64,000 bases of DNA from Phycisphaerae bacterium (GCA_963675745.2 CAXXWX010000026.1:224001-288000); one strand, 5' to 3'. Numbered from the stretch's first letter, positions 9,017 through 19,459 are shown. Translations and numbers: made by a program. The notes: a model not told the origin generated them from the sequence alone.

Positions 9017-10145
9017 AATCCGCAAACCCATAGAAAAACTCCCGTCGCAAGCCGCGCTCGGCCGGCGTCTCACCTGCCAATACGCCACGCAGGTCATCCA
9101 GCACGCGCGGGCTACGGCTGTAGTAAACGTGTCCAACCGGCCCCCGGTCCTGGCTGGTGGCATTGATCACATCGATGCGGCTGGTCAACAGATCCAAATC
9201 CACCTGCCGCAGCGATCCCTGCCCGAGCCGCGAGTACAGGTGCAGCCGTTGCGTGCCACCCAGCGCCCAGTCCGCCGATGAAACGTAAATCGTCACCCGC
9301 CGCGCTGCGGTGGCCATGTGCCGCGCGTAATCGCGCTCGAAAATCTGCGCATCCATGTCAGCCGCCGCGAGGATAATCTGGTCGAAGACGGCACCATCGC
9401 CGCCATCACCCGCCACCGGTGAGGATGCGCCGGCGCGGCGCGCCAGATAGTCCTTCACGGCGCGCGTCAGAACACGCGTGCCCATGCTGTGAGCCATCAG
9501 GTGGATATGTTCTGCGCCCGATTCGTTCACCAGCTCATCGAGAAACTGGGCCAGGTAATACGCCGACCATTCCGCGTTGGTCGTATCAACCAGGTAGCTG
9601 AGCAACCAGCCGCGTGAGGGCCAGCTATACAATACCGCGGGCCCATCGAACCGGATGTCATGGGCAATCTGCGCCGTACGTCGCGCCGCGTTCTCAAACG
9701 TCATCGCAAAGCCGTGTACAAACACAAAGACCTCACGACGCCGAGACTGGGCCACGGACGCGCGCAAGGATTGAAAGAACTCGCTGTGTTCTTGTGGGGC
9801 GCTCACATCGACCAGCGCCACGTGCCGCGTGGGTTCGTGCGGCGAGCCGACAAGCGGCGCTTCAAGGCGCCCCCGGCAGTGCCCCGGCGGGATGCTCACC
9901 TGGCCTGACCCGAGTTTGAGCGAATCAGAGCGATCATTGCCAAACAGCTCGGTCAGCAGTTCGGACTTGGTCTGGTTGCGGTCAGTCGCGTAATACACAC
10001 GGATCAGGGCATAGGCATCCGCGTGCAACTCGCCGAGGGCCGGCGTGGCGCGCGGCTCGCAGTGAATACGCGGGTAATCCGCACAGCCGGCGACAAACAC
10101 CGCCAGCAACAACACAAGCGCCACACGGCTGTTGCGTAACCTCAT
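9015..10145 (-). CDS. Alpha/beta hydrolase lipoprotein (DUF900-like)
   Basis: Lipobox VAGC; YYATDR, FVHGF, YSWPS, AHSMG nucleophile, AADMD, and a C-terminal GH.YY motif. Start placed at ATG 10145. Confidence 0.9.
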   Translation of the reverse strand: MRLRNSRVALVLLLAVFVAGCADYPRIHCEPRATPALGELHADAYALIRVYYATDRNQTKSELLTELFGNDRSDSLKLGSGQVSIPPGHCRGRLEAPLVGSPHEPTRHVALVDVSAPQEHSEFFQSLRASVAQSRRREVFVFVHGFAMTFENAARRTAQIAHDIRFDGPAVLYSWPSRGWLLSYLVDTTNAEWSAYYLAQFLDELVNESGAEHIHLMAHSMGTRVLTRAVKDYLARRAGASSPVAGDGGDGAVFDQIILAAADMDAQIFERDYARHMATAARRVTIYVSSADWALGGTQRLHLYSRLGQGSLRQVDLDLLTSRIDVINATSQDRGPVGHVYYSRSPRVLDDLRGVLAGETPAERGLRREFFYGFAD

Positions 10146-10219
10146 TGACACCCCTGATTTTGCCGGCCGCACTGTCGTCGCCGCCGAGTGCGCGTGTCGG
10201 CCTCAGAACCACTCATGCC

Positions 10220-10253
10220 GGACCTCGTCGGGCACCGAGACCCGACGCCATAC
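10220..10253. repeat. REP-like palindrome related to 2946-2977
   Basis: Reverse complement TGGCGTCGGGTCTCGGTGCCCGACGAGG versus TGGCGTCGGGCCTCTGCGCCCGACGAGG at 2947. Confidence 0.7.
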
Positions 10254-10269
10254 TTGCTGCAAGTCGGCC

Positions 10270-10722
10270 CTAGCACGCGATCGGCGCAACGATCGGCTCG
10301 GCCACTATCTCCCAGTCCTCACGGCGCAGCTTGATTGACTCGGTGTGCGTGCCACACTGCATGATCAGGTATTCGTCTTCCTCGAGTTGTGAATCCATCA
10401 CGGTGCGCATGTCGAACAAATATCCCACCGGCGGCTCGGCTCCCAACTCACAGTCGGGAAACAGGTCCGCCATCTCCTCTTCCGTCGCCAGCCTGACGCT
10501 GGGCTCGTTCAGCACCTCGGCCACGCGCGACAGCTCAACGTGCCGCGGCGCGGGTACCACGCACATGGCAAACCCCTGCATACCTCTGACGATCACCGGC
10601 TTGGCGATCATGTAACCGGTGACATGCTCAGCATCCGCCAGTCCCTGCGATGTGTACGTCACGCCGTGCGTATGCTTCTCGTAACCAATGCCCCGCTGTT
10701 GCAGCAGTTCCTCGAGTTTCAT
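10270..10722 (-). CDS. YbaK/EbsC-family aminoacyl-tRNA deacylase
   Basis: IAKPVIV, RLATEEEM, FPDCELGAEPPVG and GTHTESI motifs; CAGGAG RBS before ATG 10722. Confidence 0.9.
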   Translation of the reverse strand: MKLEELLQQRGIGYEKHTHGVTYTSQGLADAEHVTGYMIAKPVIVRGMQGFAMCVVPAPRHVELSRVAEVLNEPSVRLATEEEMADLFPDCELGAEPPVGYLFDMRTVMDSQLEEDEYLIMQCGTHTESIKLRREDWEIVAEPIVAPIAC

Positions 10723-11054
10723 GACACAAGCTCCTGTCAGCAGCCGCTGGTGGCCCTGTCCCACGATACCAACGAGATCACGCAAAACCCGACGCCAGAC
10801 GGCGACACACCACCTGGCCGCACTTCCATTGGGGTCTACCCCACGAACTGGGGCGCTGGTTGGCAGTATCTGTCACTCATCGGTTGCAACCGGCGCCGCA
10901 GGTGTTGCGGGATAGCCACCTGTAAGTATGGCCGCGTTTTTCCGTTCCTGCACGTTAACAGGTGGAAAATCGCCGTTTATCGAAGTGCCGGTAAGTATCG
11001 CCGTCCACCGGGGAGTGCCGGCTGACGATCGGGCCCGCAGCGGCAAACACCCAC

Positions 11055-11134
11055 GTAACGGCCTGCGCCTCGCAGGCCGTCGGCGTTGAACAGCGTCTCC
11101 CGTGTTCGGCGGCCGGCGGGCCGCCGGCCGTTAC
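11055..11134. repeat. REP doublet (GTAA variant of the GTAG family)
   Basis: GTAA-CGGCCTGCGCCTCGCAGGCCG ... CGGCCGGCGGGCCGCCGGCCG-TTAC; same family as 3016-3077 and 58286-58365. Confidence 0.85.
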
Positions 11135-11200
11135 ATTGCCGCTCGCGTGGGTAGCTTCCGCGAGCGCCGCGGATCAGCAGCGCAGCGTGCGAGAGCCGCT

Positions 11201-12514
11201 TTATCTGAGGTATTCGTTCAACGCGCTTTCCAGCATTTCCTGACGCCCGCTGGCGATCTCCGGCTCACCGTTGGCCAGCGTGTACGCCTCGAGCGCCTCG
11301 AACCCCATCTCGCCGGCCTCGATCTTCGCGCCCAGCGCGTCATCCCAGCCGGCATAGCGTTCCTTCACGATCCGCTCGAAGTAACCGTCCTCTATCATCC
11401 GCGCGGCAATCTTCAATCCGCGAGCAAACGCGTCCATGCCGCCGATGTGAGCATGGAAAAGGTCGAGCGGGTCAATCGACTGCCGCCGCAGCTTGGCATC
11501 GAAGTTCAGCCCGCCGGTCGTGAAACCCCCGCCGCGCAGAATCGTGTACATGGCGAGCGTCGTGTCGTAGATATTGGTGGGGAACTGATCCGTATCCCAG
11601 CCCAACAGCAGATCGCCGCGGTTGGCATCAACCGACCCGAGCAGGTCATTCGCCACGCAGTATTGCAGCTCGTGAATAAACGAGTGGCCGGCGAGCGTGG
11701 CGTGATTGGCCTCGATGTTCAGCTTGAAGTGATCGGCCAGCCCGTATCTTTGCAGAAACGCGTGGCAATTGCCGGCGTCATAATCGTATTGGTGCTTGGT
11801 CGGCTCCTTGGGCTTCGGTTCGATGTAGAGCTGGCCCGGGAAGCCGATCGCCTGCTTGTGTGCAACTGCCAGGTGCATGAAACGGCCCAGATTGTCAAGC
11901 TCGCGCTTCAGGTCGGTGTTGAGCAGCGTGTCGTAGCCCTCGCGACCGCCCCAAAACACATAGCCCGCGCCACCCAGCTCGTGGGTAACTTCCAGCGCCT
12001 TCTTCACCTGGCTGGCCGCATAGGCAAACACGGCCGGAGAGGGGTTCGTGGCGGCGCCGGCCATGAACCGCCGGTGCGAGAACATGTTGGTCGTGCCCCA
12101 CAGCAGCCTGATGCCGGTATCGTCCTGGAGCTTCTTGGCCAGCGCGACGATTGTGTCCAAACGCCGGTTGGTCTCCGCCAGATTGTCCGCCTCAGGGGCG
12201 ATGTCACGGTCGTGAAAGCACCAGAACCCGACGCCCAGCTTTGTGAAGAACTCGAAGGCCGCCGCCAACGTCTGCTCGGCGATCTTCATCTCATCGCCGC
12301 CGGCGTTGTAGTTGCGGATAAAAGTGCCGGGCCCGAACGGGTCGCCGCCGAGACCCTTGAACGTGTGCCAATAGCACACCGCGAAACGCAGGTGCTCGGC
12401 CATGGATTTGCCGGCAATCCGCTCGTCGGCGTTGTAATGCTTGAACGCCAGCGGCTCTTGCGATTCCGGCCCCTCATACTTGATTCTGCCGACGCCGGGA
12501 AAATACTCAGTCAC
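11201..12514 (-). CDS. xylA: Xylose isomerase (class II)
   Basis: [63 protein letters not shown] start at 12514 follows GGAGGT. Confidence 0.98.
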   Translation of the reverse strand: MTEYFPGVGRIKYEGPESQEPLAFKHYNADERIAGKSMAEHLRFAVCYWHTFKGLGGDPFGPGTFIRNYNAGGDEMKIAEQTLAAAFEFFTKLGVGFWCFHDRDIAPEADNLAETNRRLDTIVALAKKLQDDTGIRLLWGTTNMFSHRRFMAGAATNPSPAVFAYAASQVKKALEVTHELGGAGYVFWGGREGYDTLLNTDLKRELDNLGRFMHLAVAHKQAIGFPGQLYIEPKPKEPTKHQYDYDAGNCHAFLQRYGLADHFKLNIEANHATLAGHSFIHELQYCVANDLLGSVDANRGDLLLGWDTDQFPTNIYDTTLAMYTILRGGGFTTGGLNFDAKLRRQSIDPLDLFHAHIGGMDAFARGLKIAARMIEDGYFERIVKERYAGWDDALGAKIEAGEMGFEALEAYTLANGEPEIASGRQEMLESALNEYLR

Positions 12515-12626
12515 CGTGACACCTCCGATCCGCAAGCCGACTCCGCGCGCTGTCCGATACGCGAGAGTCCGAGCAGCATCAATCCGTAAACACAGCCTCG
12601 CAAGTGCAAGCCGCGTAGCACGTCAT

Positions 12627-12650
12627 TGTGGCACAGGTTCGTAACCTGTC
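12627..12650. repeat. GTGG-type REP-like palindrome (ACAGGTT..AACCTGT); second copy at 23743-23763
   Basis: TGTGGCACAGGTTCGTAACCTGTC versus GACAGGTTGCAACCTGTCACA. Confidence 0.6.
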
Positions 12651-12763
12651 ACTCCCACCATTCAAAACTGGTGCCGCATTGCCGCCAACGATCTCGCGCT
12701 CACTCTCTCTGCTGCGGCCACAAGACGAGATCACCGGCGCCGGTGAACGCGCCGCACCGATCT

Positions 12764-12796
12764 CCCTGTTCCCAGTTCCCCGTTCCCTGTTCCCTT
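12764..12796. repeat. Heptamer tandem repeat (CCCnGTT)n
   Basis: CCCTGTTCCCAGTTCCCCGTTCCCTGTTCCC just downstream of the LolA-like gene. Confidence 0.75.
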
Positions 12797-12803
12797 CTCG
12801 CCC

Positions 12804-13529
12804 CTACGGCATCCCCGCCGTCATATCCATCACGGTCACGCCTTCCGGAGCTTCAAACTTGAAACGCTCCGGCTTGATCGCGACGTCCACCTTGATATTC
12901 GTGTGGGTCATGGTTGTCATCGGCTTGCCGTCGGGCGTGTTCATCACCATCTTCAGCATCATCCCACCCGTCTTGGCGAAGCACATGGTCATCTTGCCCA
13001 TCGCCGCGGGGTTCTTGGGTGTGCCCTCGATCACATATGCGTCGTGTCCGTCGATCGTCTCGTCGGCGAGCAGCTTCAGGTCATAGTCCTTTTTCATCTG
13101 CTCGAACATGCCCTTGTTGACCATCTGCTGGTTCTTGGGATCGAGCTTGGTCTTCATTGCGGTCTTGGTGCCGGACTCCTCGGTCAACACATAGGAGTGT
13201 TCGCCGTCGGTGATCATCAGCGACTGTGACTCTTTCTTCTGCTCCGTGCCGCCCATGTTCATGTCGGTGGTAGTCTTGTGCTCCATGCGCGACAACATTT
13301 TGCCGCCCTGACGCATGACTTCCATCGTGCCCTTCACCGACATCTTCATGCTCATGGCTTCGTTCTTGATGTTCGTCTCTGACGACACGTCGGCGGTATA
13401 CGACTTCACCTTCTCAGCTTCCGCAATAATCTTCGCGGACACGTCGTCGACGGCATCGGCCTGCGCCGGCAACACTGTCATCGCCAGCAACACAATCGTC
13501 CCAAGCACACACTGCGTGATCTTCATCAT
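12804..13529 (-). CDS. Secreted LolA-fold protein (lipoprotein carrier-like), Met-rich
   Basis: Signal peptide ending AQA; DETIDGHDAYVIEGTPK and C-terminal FKFEAPEGVTVMD typical of LolA-like proteins; AAGGAG RBS. Confidence 0.8.
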   Translation of the reverse strand: MMKITQCVLGTIVLLAMTVLPAQADAVDDVSAKIIAEAEKVKSYTADVSSETNIKNEAMSMKMSVKGTMEVMRQGGKMLSRMEHKTTTDMNMGGTEQKKESQSLMITDGEHSYVLTEESGTKTAMKTKLDPKNQQMVNKGMFEQMKKDYDLKLLADETIDGHDAYVIEGTPKNPAAMGKMTMCFAKTGGMMLKMVMNTPDGKPMTTMTHTNIKVDVAIKPERFKFEAPEGVTVMDMTAGMP

Positions 13530-13647
13530 CTCGATATCTCCTTTGGTTTTTGAACGCACGATCGCCATTCGCTCGACCCGCGCACATTGTAGGCGCTGGC
13601 ATCAGCCCCGTTAAGCCACGCAGCGCTAGGTGTTTGTGCCGAGAAAC

Positions 13648-14919
13648 TCAGACGTGTTTCAGCGTGTGACCCATCTTCTGACGCTTGGTCTCGAGGTAGC
13701 GGCGGTTGTGCTCATTTGGGGGGAACTCGAGCGCGAGCTGCTCCACAACCTCCAGGCCGTAAACCTCCAGCCGGCGGACTTTCTTGGGGTTGTTGGTCAA
13801 TACGCGCAGCTTCGATACGCCCAGGTCCAGCAGTATCTGGGCCCCGATGCCGTAGTCGCGCCGGTCAGGCGGCAAGCCCAGGGCCACGTTGGCTTCGACC
13901 GTGTCAAGGCCCCCGTCCTGCAAACGGTAGGCGTGCAGCTTGTTGAGCAAGCCAATCCCACGCCCCTCCTGGCGCAGATATACAATCACGCCACGGCCTT
14001 CCTGCGCAATCATCTCCATCGCGGCAGTGAGCTGCTGGCCGCAGTCACACCGTAGCGACCCAAACACGTCGCCGGTGAGACACTCGGAATGAACGCGCAC
14101 CAGAACCGGCTCATCGGTGCTCGCGACGTTGCCGGCTTCGTCAACGGCGCCCACGCCACCACGGCAAAAGGCCACGTGCGTCGCATGATCGGCCGGCGAG
14201 CGATAGGCGATCAGCTCCCAGGCGCCGAACTCGTTGATCAACGGAATCGTCTCGACGCGTTCGACCAGCCGTTCGCGCCGGATGCGATGCTCGATCAGTT
14301 CGGCGACGGTACACATCTTCAGCCCGTGTTTGCGCGAAAACTCGGTGAGCTGCGGCACGCGAGCCATGCTGCCATCTGGGTTGAGAATCTCGATCAGCGC
14401 GGCTCCCGGCATCAGGCCGGCCAACCGGCAGAGATCGACCGAGCCTTCGGTCTGCCCCGATCGGACAAGCACACCCCCCTCGCGCGCGATCAACGGATTA
14501 ACGTGGCCGGGACGCACGAAGTCCGCCGGAACGGCCTCCTCGGCGACGGTGTGCCGGATGGTCGTGGCCCGGTCGGATGACGACACGCCCGTGGTTACGC
14601 CCAGGCGCGGGGCGGCGTCGATTGTCACGGTGAAGGCGGTCCCCAGGCGCGTCGTGTTCACCGGCACCTGGGGGTGGAGATTCAAGCGGTCGCAGCGTGC
14701 CCCGCTGAGCGCCACGCACAACGTGCCGCGGCCTTCGCGGAGCATGAAGTTGACTTTCTCCGGCGTGATCTGCTGGGCGGCGCAGACAAGGTCGCCCTCA
14801 TTCTCGCGATCCTCGTCATCGACCAGGATGATCAGGTTGCCGCGGCGCAGCTCCTCCAGGGCCTCTTCTATCGTGCAGAAAACGCCCTCGCGCTTACGGT
14901 CGTCCGAATGTGCACACAT
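13648..14919 (-). CDS. ribBA: Bifunctional DHBP synthase / GTP cyclohydrolase II
   Basis: VDDEDRENEGD, TAFTVTID, RVHSECLTGDVFGSLRCDCG, QEGRGIGL, TNNPKK. Confidence 0.97.
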   Translation of the reverse strand: MCAHSDDRKREGVFCTIEEALEELRRGNLIILVDDEDRENEGDLVCAAQQITPEKVNFMLREGRGTLCVALSGARCDRLNLHPQVPVNTTRLGTAFTVTIDAAPRLGVTTGVSSSDRATTIRHTVAEEAVPADFVRPGHVNPLIAREGGVLVRSGQTEGSVDLCRLAGLMPGAALIEILNPDGSMARVPQLTEFSRKHGLKMCTVAELIEHRIRRERLVERVETIPLINEFGAWELIAYRSPADHATHVAFCRGGVGAVDEAGNVASTDEPVLVRVHSECLTGDVFGSLRCDCGQQLTAAMEMIAQEGRGVIVYLRQEGRGIGLLNKLHAYRLQDGGLDTVEANVALGLPPDRRDYGIGAQILLDLGVSKLRVLTNNPKKVRRLEVYGLEVVEQLALEFPPNEHNRRYLETKRQKMGHTLKHV

Positions 14920-15127
14920 ATTCGAATAGCTCCCAGCTTACGAGCGGGTCTCTTGCGCCAAACGTCGATTCTAGCGGTTCCCGTCAGCCATGCACAGCCG
15001 CACGCGGCTGGATTGGCGCTGGTGCCGGACCGCATACGCGGGCGAGCCGGCCGCCATGGGGCATGCAATGATGGGCGTATTCGATTACCATCAAGGCAGT
15101 GGGTTCTGTCCTGTGGAGTTCTGCGTC

Positions 15128-15457
15128 ATGGCTGCTTTGCCCGATACGGCGACGAGGCCGGCCACCCACCACCGGCCACGTCAGACACCACGCTATAACG
15201 TCGTGCTGCTCGACGACAACGAGCACACCTACGCCTACGTCATCGGGATGCTCCAGTGCCTGTTTCACTTCACCCGCGAAAACGCTTATCGTATGGCCTG
15301 TGAGGTCGACACCGTCGGGCGCGTGGTCCTGATGACGACCGTGCTGGAGCAAGCCGAATTCAAGCGTGACCAGATCCACGCGTTCGGCGCTGACTGGCGC
15401 ATCGTGACCTCGCAGGGTTCGATGAGCGCGGTCATCGAGCCGGCTCCCGGTGCGTGA
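15128..15457 (+). CDS. clpS: ATP-dependent Clp protease adaptor ClpS
   Basis: YNVVLLDDNEHTYAYVIGML and EVDTVGR motifs; ATG 15128 follows GGAG. Confidence 0.92.
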   Translation: MAALPDTATRPATHHRPRQTPRYNVVLLDDNEHTYAYVIGMLQCLFHFTRENAYRMACEVDTVGRVVLMTTVLEQAEFKRDQIHAFGADWRIVTSQGSMSAVIEPAPGA

Positions 15458-15585
15458 CAGCGGTTCCGCGTGCTAATCGCCAACGACGTTGCTTGATGTG
15501 GCGGCGGAGTCTCGCCCCCGATTGAGACCGGGTGCCACGTGCCCGTTGGCGGACGGGCCGCCGAATTCGGGTGGAGGTGTGCTGG

Positions 15586-18009
15586 ATGTCCATCCCGCGA
15601 GTGGCGCGGACTGTGAACCTGGGACTGTTGCTGGGGCTGGCACTCACGGTCCCGTGCGTGGACGCGCGCGTACCGTCGCGCACCACCGGTCAATGGTTGC
15701 TCGATCTGGCCCGCGATCAGGGCCTGCGGGCGCGCACCGCGCCGACCGAGGCCGATCTGCTTTACATCGAAACTCTGCTGCGCGCCGCCATCCGCGTGCA
15801 ACCCGATCTGTTCGAAGCTCACTATCTGCGTTTTGAATTGGCCGAGCTGCGCGGCGACCATGAGATCGCGCGCCAGGAGCTGGAGCGCCTGTTCCTGCTT
15901 GACCCGGGCCACGACGGTGTCGCAGCGCGGCACATGCGCATGGGCCTGGCCGGCCAGCAGACCACCGAAAGACGCGAGCGGTTTCTGTTGGGCATCATTG
16001 GCGATACGGCGCAGTCAGCGCATACCAAGGCGCTGGCGTGCGTGCATTTGGCGGATATTGCCGCCAGACGCTTTGAAAGCGAGCGCGTCGAGGAATGGCT
16101 GTCGCGCGCCACGGAGCTCGAGCCCGACAGCCCGGACGCCGCCATGAGCCGCTTCGAATCGCTCGCCGAGACCGCCACCCCCGAGCAACGTGCCGCGACG
16201 GCCTTGGCGTTGCTGCGACTGAACCCACTGCACGTTGAAGCTGCCTGGGAAGTCGGATTGGTTTGTGATCGGGCGGGGCTCGTCGATGCGGCCGGCGAGT
16301 TCTTCACATACGCGCTCGAGGTGTTTCGGGCCGGCAACCCCCGCGCACAGGTCCCCAGCGGCAACCTGCTCGATCTGGCCCACAACCTCATCGCCCGCGG
16401 GCTTATCGAAGATGCGACCGGTGCCATCCAACAGGCCGTCGCCGCTGACCCCGAGCGCGTGGAGGCCGCCCTGCTGTTGCACTGGCTGTTTACCAAGCAG
16501 AATCGTGTCGAGGCGGCGTCGGCATTGCGCGAGACGCTCAGCACCCGCTTTGCCAAACTGCACGATCCAACGCGTTGGCCGATCAATGAGGTGGCCCAGG
16601 CCGCCTGGTACTACTGCCACCTCGACCCCCAACCCCACCGCGCCCTGGCCCTGGCTGAGGCGGCGGCCACCCGCGCTCCGCGCGACCCGTTCGTGCAACG
16701 CGTACTCGGTTGGGCCCAGGCAGCCAATCTCGACGCGCCCGCCGCACTGACCACACTCGAACCCCTGTCCGGTGATGACCCCTACGCGGCGTACCAGGTA
16801 GTGAAGCTGCTGCGCGCGGCCGGCGAGGAGAGCCGGGCCGAAGCCGTGCTCCGGGAGTATGACGGCCGGCGTATCATTGGCCCGGCGTTGGATCTTCTAA
16901 ACGAGCTTCGGTTTGGTGCCACCACGACAATGCCCACGACGGCGCCAACGACGCTGCCCACCACACAGGCGACGACCGCGCCTTCACCCTCGCCTGAAGA
17001 GGTACCGACGACGGCGCCTGCATCTCCATCGGCAGCCGCGCTTAACAAGCTGCTGGCACGCTTCGACCGCAATGTACTCGAGTTTCACCGCAATCCATCT
17101 CGTTTTCTCCAGGCCGCCGTGCGCATCGATCCCCCCAGTTTGCGCCCGGGTGAGCCGTGGTGGGTCGAGATTGCCCTGAAGAACCGCGCGACCTTTCCAA
17201 TCACGCTGGGGCCCGACTGGGCTGTCAACCCGGTCTTTGTCCTCTCCTTCAAAGTCGAGGGTGATCGGCAGCGCGAATATCCGGATCTGCTCACTGTAAC
17301 GCTCGAGCGCAAGGCGGTGCTCAAACCGGGAGAGTCGATGCGCCTACGGCAGACCATCGACATTGGTCCGCTGCGCAGGATCGCTCGCTACACGCCGCAA
17401 CAATTGCAGAACTTCACCGTAAGCGCGATGCTGGCACCAATACGGACGCCGGACGGCCGCTGGCAGCCGGACGTGGGCGGCCAGGTGCTGAAGCCGGCGT
17501 ATTTCAATCGCCGGCCGCAGCCCACGAGTGTTGATGCTTTGAACGCCATCTTCGGCGCGCTGTCGGATACCGACAACCCATCACGTTTTCGAGCGGTTGC
17601 GGTAGTCGCCGAATTGCTCGGCGAGCGTCAGCGTGCCGCGCGCGGCAAGTTAAACTACACCCCCGAGCGCATCCCCTTTGCTCGCATGCGTCGCATGTTG
17701 ATCGGCGCGCTTCAGTCGGAATCATGGGAGTTGCGCGCCCGATCGCTGGATGCGTTGCACGTAATGGGGCTCGACGCCCAACTGCTCCATGTGGCGGAAG
17801 AGAACCTCAGTCATGAGCACTGGCTGGTGCGCTTGATGGCGATGCGGCTGCTTGCCCGACAGGGGGCGGGCTTTTCGAACGGCGCCGCCAAACTGGTCGC
17901 CGATGATGAGGATGAGCTCGTCCGGGATCTGGCACGCAGCTATCTTGCGCGGTGGCGTGAAGCGGCGCCCGCTGACAAAGAACCCGGTGCCACAACACCG
18001 CAGCCGTAA
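15586..18009 (+). CDS. Secreted TPR-repeat protein with Thr/Pro linker, beta domain and C-terminal HEAT-like repeats
   Basis: Signal-like N-terminus, helical TPR-like repeats, TTTMPTTAPTTLPTTQ linker, HEHWLVRLMA / DEDELVRDLA HEAT-like motifs; GGAGGT before ATG 15586. Confidence 0.75.
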   Translation: MSIPRVARTVNLGLLLGLALTVPCVDARVPSRTTGQWLLDLARDQGLRARTAPTEADLLYIETLLRAAIRVQPDLFEAHYLRFELAELRGDHEIARQELERLFLLDPGHDGVAARHMRMGLAGQQTTERRERFLLGIIGDTAQSAHTKALACVHLADIAARRFESERVEEWLSRATELEPDSPDAAMSRFESLAETATPEQRAATALALLRLNPLHVEAAWEVGLVCDRAGLVDAAGEFFTYALEVFRAGNPRAQVPSGNLLDLAHNLIARGLIEDATGAIQQAVAADPERVEAALLLHWLFTKQNRVEAASALRETLSTRFAKLHDPTRWPINEVAQAAWYYCHLDPQPHRALALAEAAATRAPRDPFVQRVLGWAQAANLDAPAALTTLEPLSGDDPYAAYQVVKLLRAAGEESRAEAVLREYDGRRIIGPALDLLNELRFGATTTMPTTAPTTLPTTQATTAPSPSPEEVPTTAPASPSAAALNKLLARFDRNVLEFHRNPSRFLQAAVRIDPPSLRPGEPWWVEIALKNRATFPITLGPDWAVNPVFVLSFKVEGDRQREYPDLLTVTLERKAVLKPGESMRLRQTIDIGPLRRIARYTPQQLQNFTVSAMLAPIRTPDGRWQPDVGGQVLKPAYFNRRPQPTSVDALNAIFGALSDTDNPSRFRAVAVVAELLGERQRAARGKLNYTPERIPFARMRRMLIGALQSESWELRARSLDALHVMGLDAQLLHVAEENLSHEHWLVRLMAMRLLARQGAGFSNGAAKLVADDEDELVRDLARSYLARWREAAPADKEPGATTPQP

Positions 18010-18167
18010 CTCCCGGGTCGGGTCTCCGCCGGGCGCGATTCAAGCGAGGCCGTCGAACATCCGATAAAACATGCAGGCGAAACCACTGCGCCCGCTGAGC
18101 CTGGTTGGTTGGCGTTTCGTCACGCTCGGTGGTAAAAAGACGCATTCGCGCGCGGCCGCGTTCAACA

Positions 18168-18249
18168 CGCGGGTGCCATGCCGACGGCCGTTCGCGTCGG
18201 CATGTACTTCGGCGCGGGTGCCATGCCGACGGCCGTTCGCGTCGGCATG
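18168..18249. repeat. Two direct copies (45-nt period) of a 37-nt palindromic REP-like unit
   Basis: CGCGGGTGCCATGCCGACGGCCGTTCGCGTCGGCATG at 18168 and 18213; a third, inverted copy lies at 56989-57022. Confidence 0.9.
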
Positions 18250-18317
18250 CTCTTCGGCCAACGGGAACGTCGGCCGCTACGAAAACTGGACAGCCATTTG
18301 AACGCCGGGAGTTGCCT

Positions 18318-19313
18318 GTGTTTTGCACGTTGAGAAGAGTCGGGGCTGGCACGATGCTCGCACTGTTGCTGCTGGCTGTCGGCGGTTGCCAGATGATGGC
18401 CAAGAGCCACATCAAGCGCGGCGAGCAAGCCGCCGCGATGGCTGACATGGGCGCCGCGTTGGCCGAGTACCAGCGCGCCGTCGAGGCCGACCCGTTCTAT
18501 GCTCCTGGACACCGGCGTCTCGCGTCCGCATATCGACAGGTCGGCCGCCTCGATGAAGCCGCCGAGTCGCTCCAACAGGCGGTGGAGCTCGAACCAAACC
18601 ACCAGGATTGGGTGCTCGAACTAGGCGAGATCTACCGGCTGCTGAACAAGATGACGCAGGCGATCAGGGCATACGTGCTCGCGTGCGAGTTGGATCCCAA
18701 GAGCTTCGACGCCCATTTCCGCCTTGCGGCCTGCTATCACCAGGCGGGCGATCTGGACCTGGCCATAGACGGCTACCAGAAAGCACTGGCCCTGGAAAGC
18801 GACCACGCCCTGGCCTGGAGTAATCTGGGCGCCGTGTTCGATCACCAGAAGCGTTACTACGAAGCCATCAACGCCTACAAGCACTCGCTGGAGTGCAATG
18901 ACTCACAGCCGATCGTGCTGGTAAACCTGGCCACGGTGTACCTCAATCAGCAGCGCTGGCTGACCGCGCAGCGCGCCCTGCAAGCGGCCATCCGCCTTGA
19001 CCCGGACATCTCGGTCGCCCACGAGCGCATGGGTTACTGCCATTGGCGCTTGGAGTCGTACGAAGAGGCCGCCGAGCGCTATCAGCGGGCGATTGATCTG
19101 GATGCCAAGAACGCCGCGGCGTATGCCGGCCTGGGCGTCGTCCGCATGACGCAATTCCTGGATGCTCCCGGCAAGTTCGGCTATCGCGACGAAGCGATCG
19201 AGGCCTGGCACACCAGCCTGGAGCTGAATCCCAATCAGCCCAAGCTGCGCCCGTTGCTGGAGAAGTACCGCGTCAAAACCAGTGAACCGGTCCTATCAAT
19301 CGACGGCGGCTGA
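18318..19313 (+). CDS. TPR-repeat lipoprotein
   Basis: Lipobox VGGC and multiple canonical TPRs (AWSNLGAVF, AAAYAGLG). GTG 18318 follows GGGAG; the upstream part of the ORF is REP-derived. Confidence 0.88.
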   Translation: MFCTLRRVGAGTMLALLLLAVGGCQMMAKSHIKRGEQAAAMADMGAALAEYQRAVEADPFYAPGHRRLASAYRQVGRLDEAAESLQQAVELEPNHQDWVLELGEIYRLLNKMTQAIRAYVLACELDPKSFDAHFRLAACYHQAGDLDLAIDGYQKALALESDHALAWSNLGAVFDHQKRYYEAINAYKHSLECNDSQPIVLVNLATVYLNQQRWLTAQRALQAAIRLDPDISVAHERMGYCHWRLESYEEAAERYQRAIDLDAKNAAAYAGLGVVRMTQFLDAPGKFGYRDEAIEAWHTSLELNPNQPKLRPLLEKYRVKTSEPVLSIDGG

Positions 19314-19328
19314 CCGCAGCGAAGTAGC

Positions 19329-19351
19329 GTGCCACGGCTCTGTGAGCAGTG
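19329..19351. repeat. REP-like half element; inverted partner at 22021-22041
   Basis: GTGCCACGGCTC (19329-19340) is the reverse complement of GAGCCGTGGCAC (22030-22041). Confidence 0.65.
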
Positions 19352-19459
19352 TTTCTTGACGCGGGCACCGCCGAAAAAAGCACGCCTCGCAGACGGCAAC
19401 TCGGTGCGACAAGGCGCCCCATGCGCAGGGCCCGTGACACAACCGGCGGATGGTAGCGG

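Noticed and set aside
14920..15127. FMN riboswitch upstream of ribBA
   Set aside because: No RFN consensus segments are visible; the region is a short divergent promoter region shared with clpS.
18105..18317. Repeated peptide RGCHADGRSRRH at the N-terminus of the TPR ORF
   Set aside because: It is the translation of the REP-like duplicate. The lipoprotein signal begins at about 18318.
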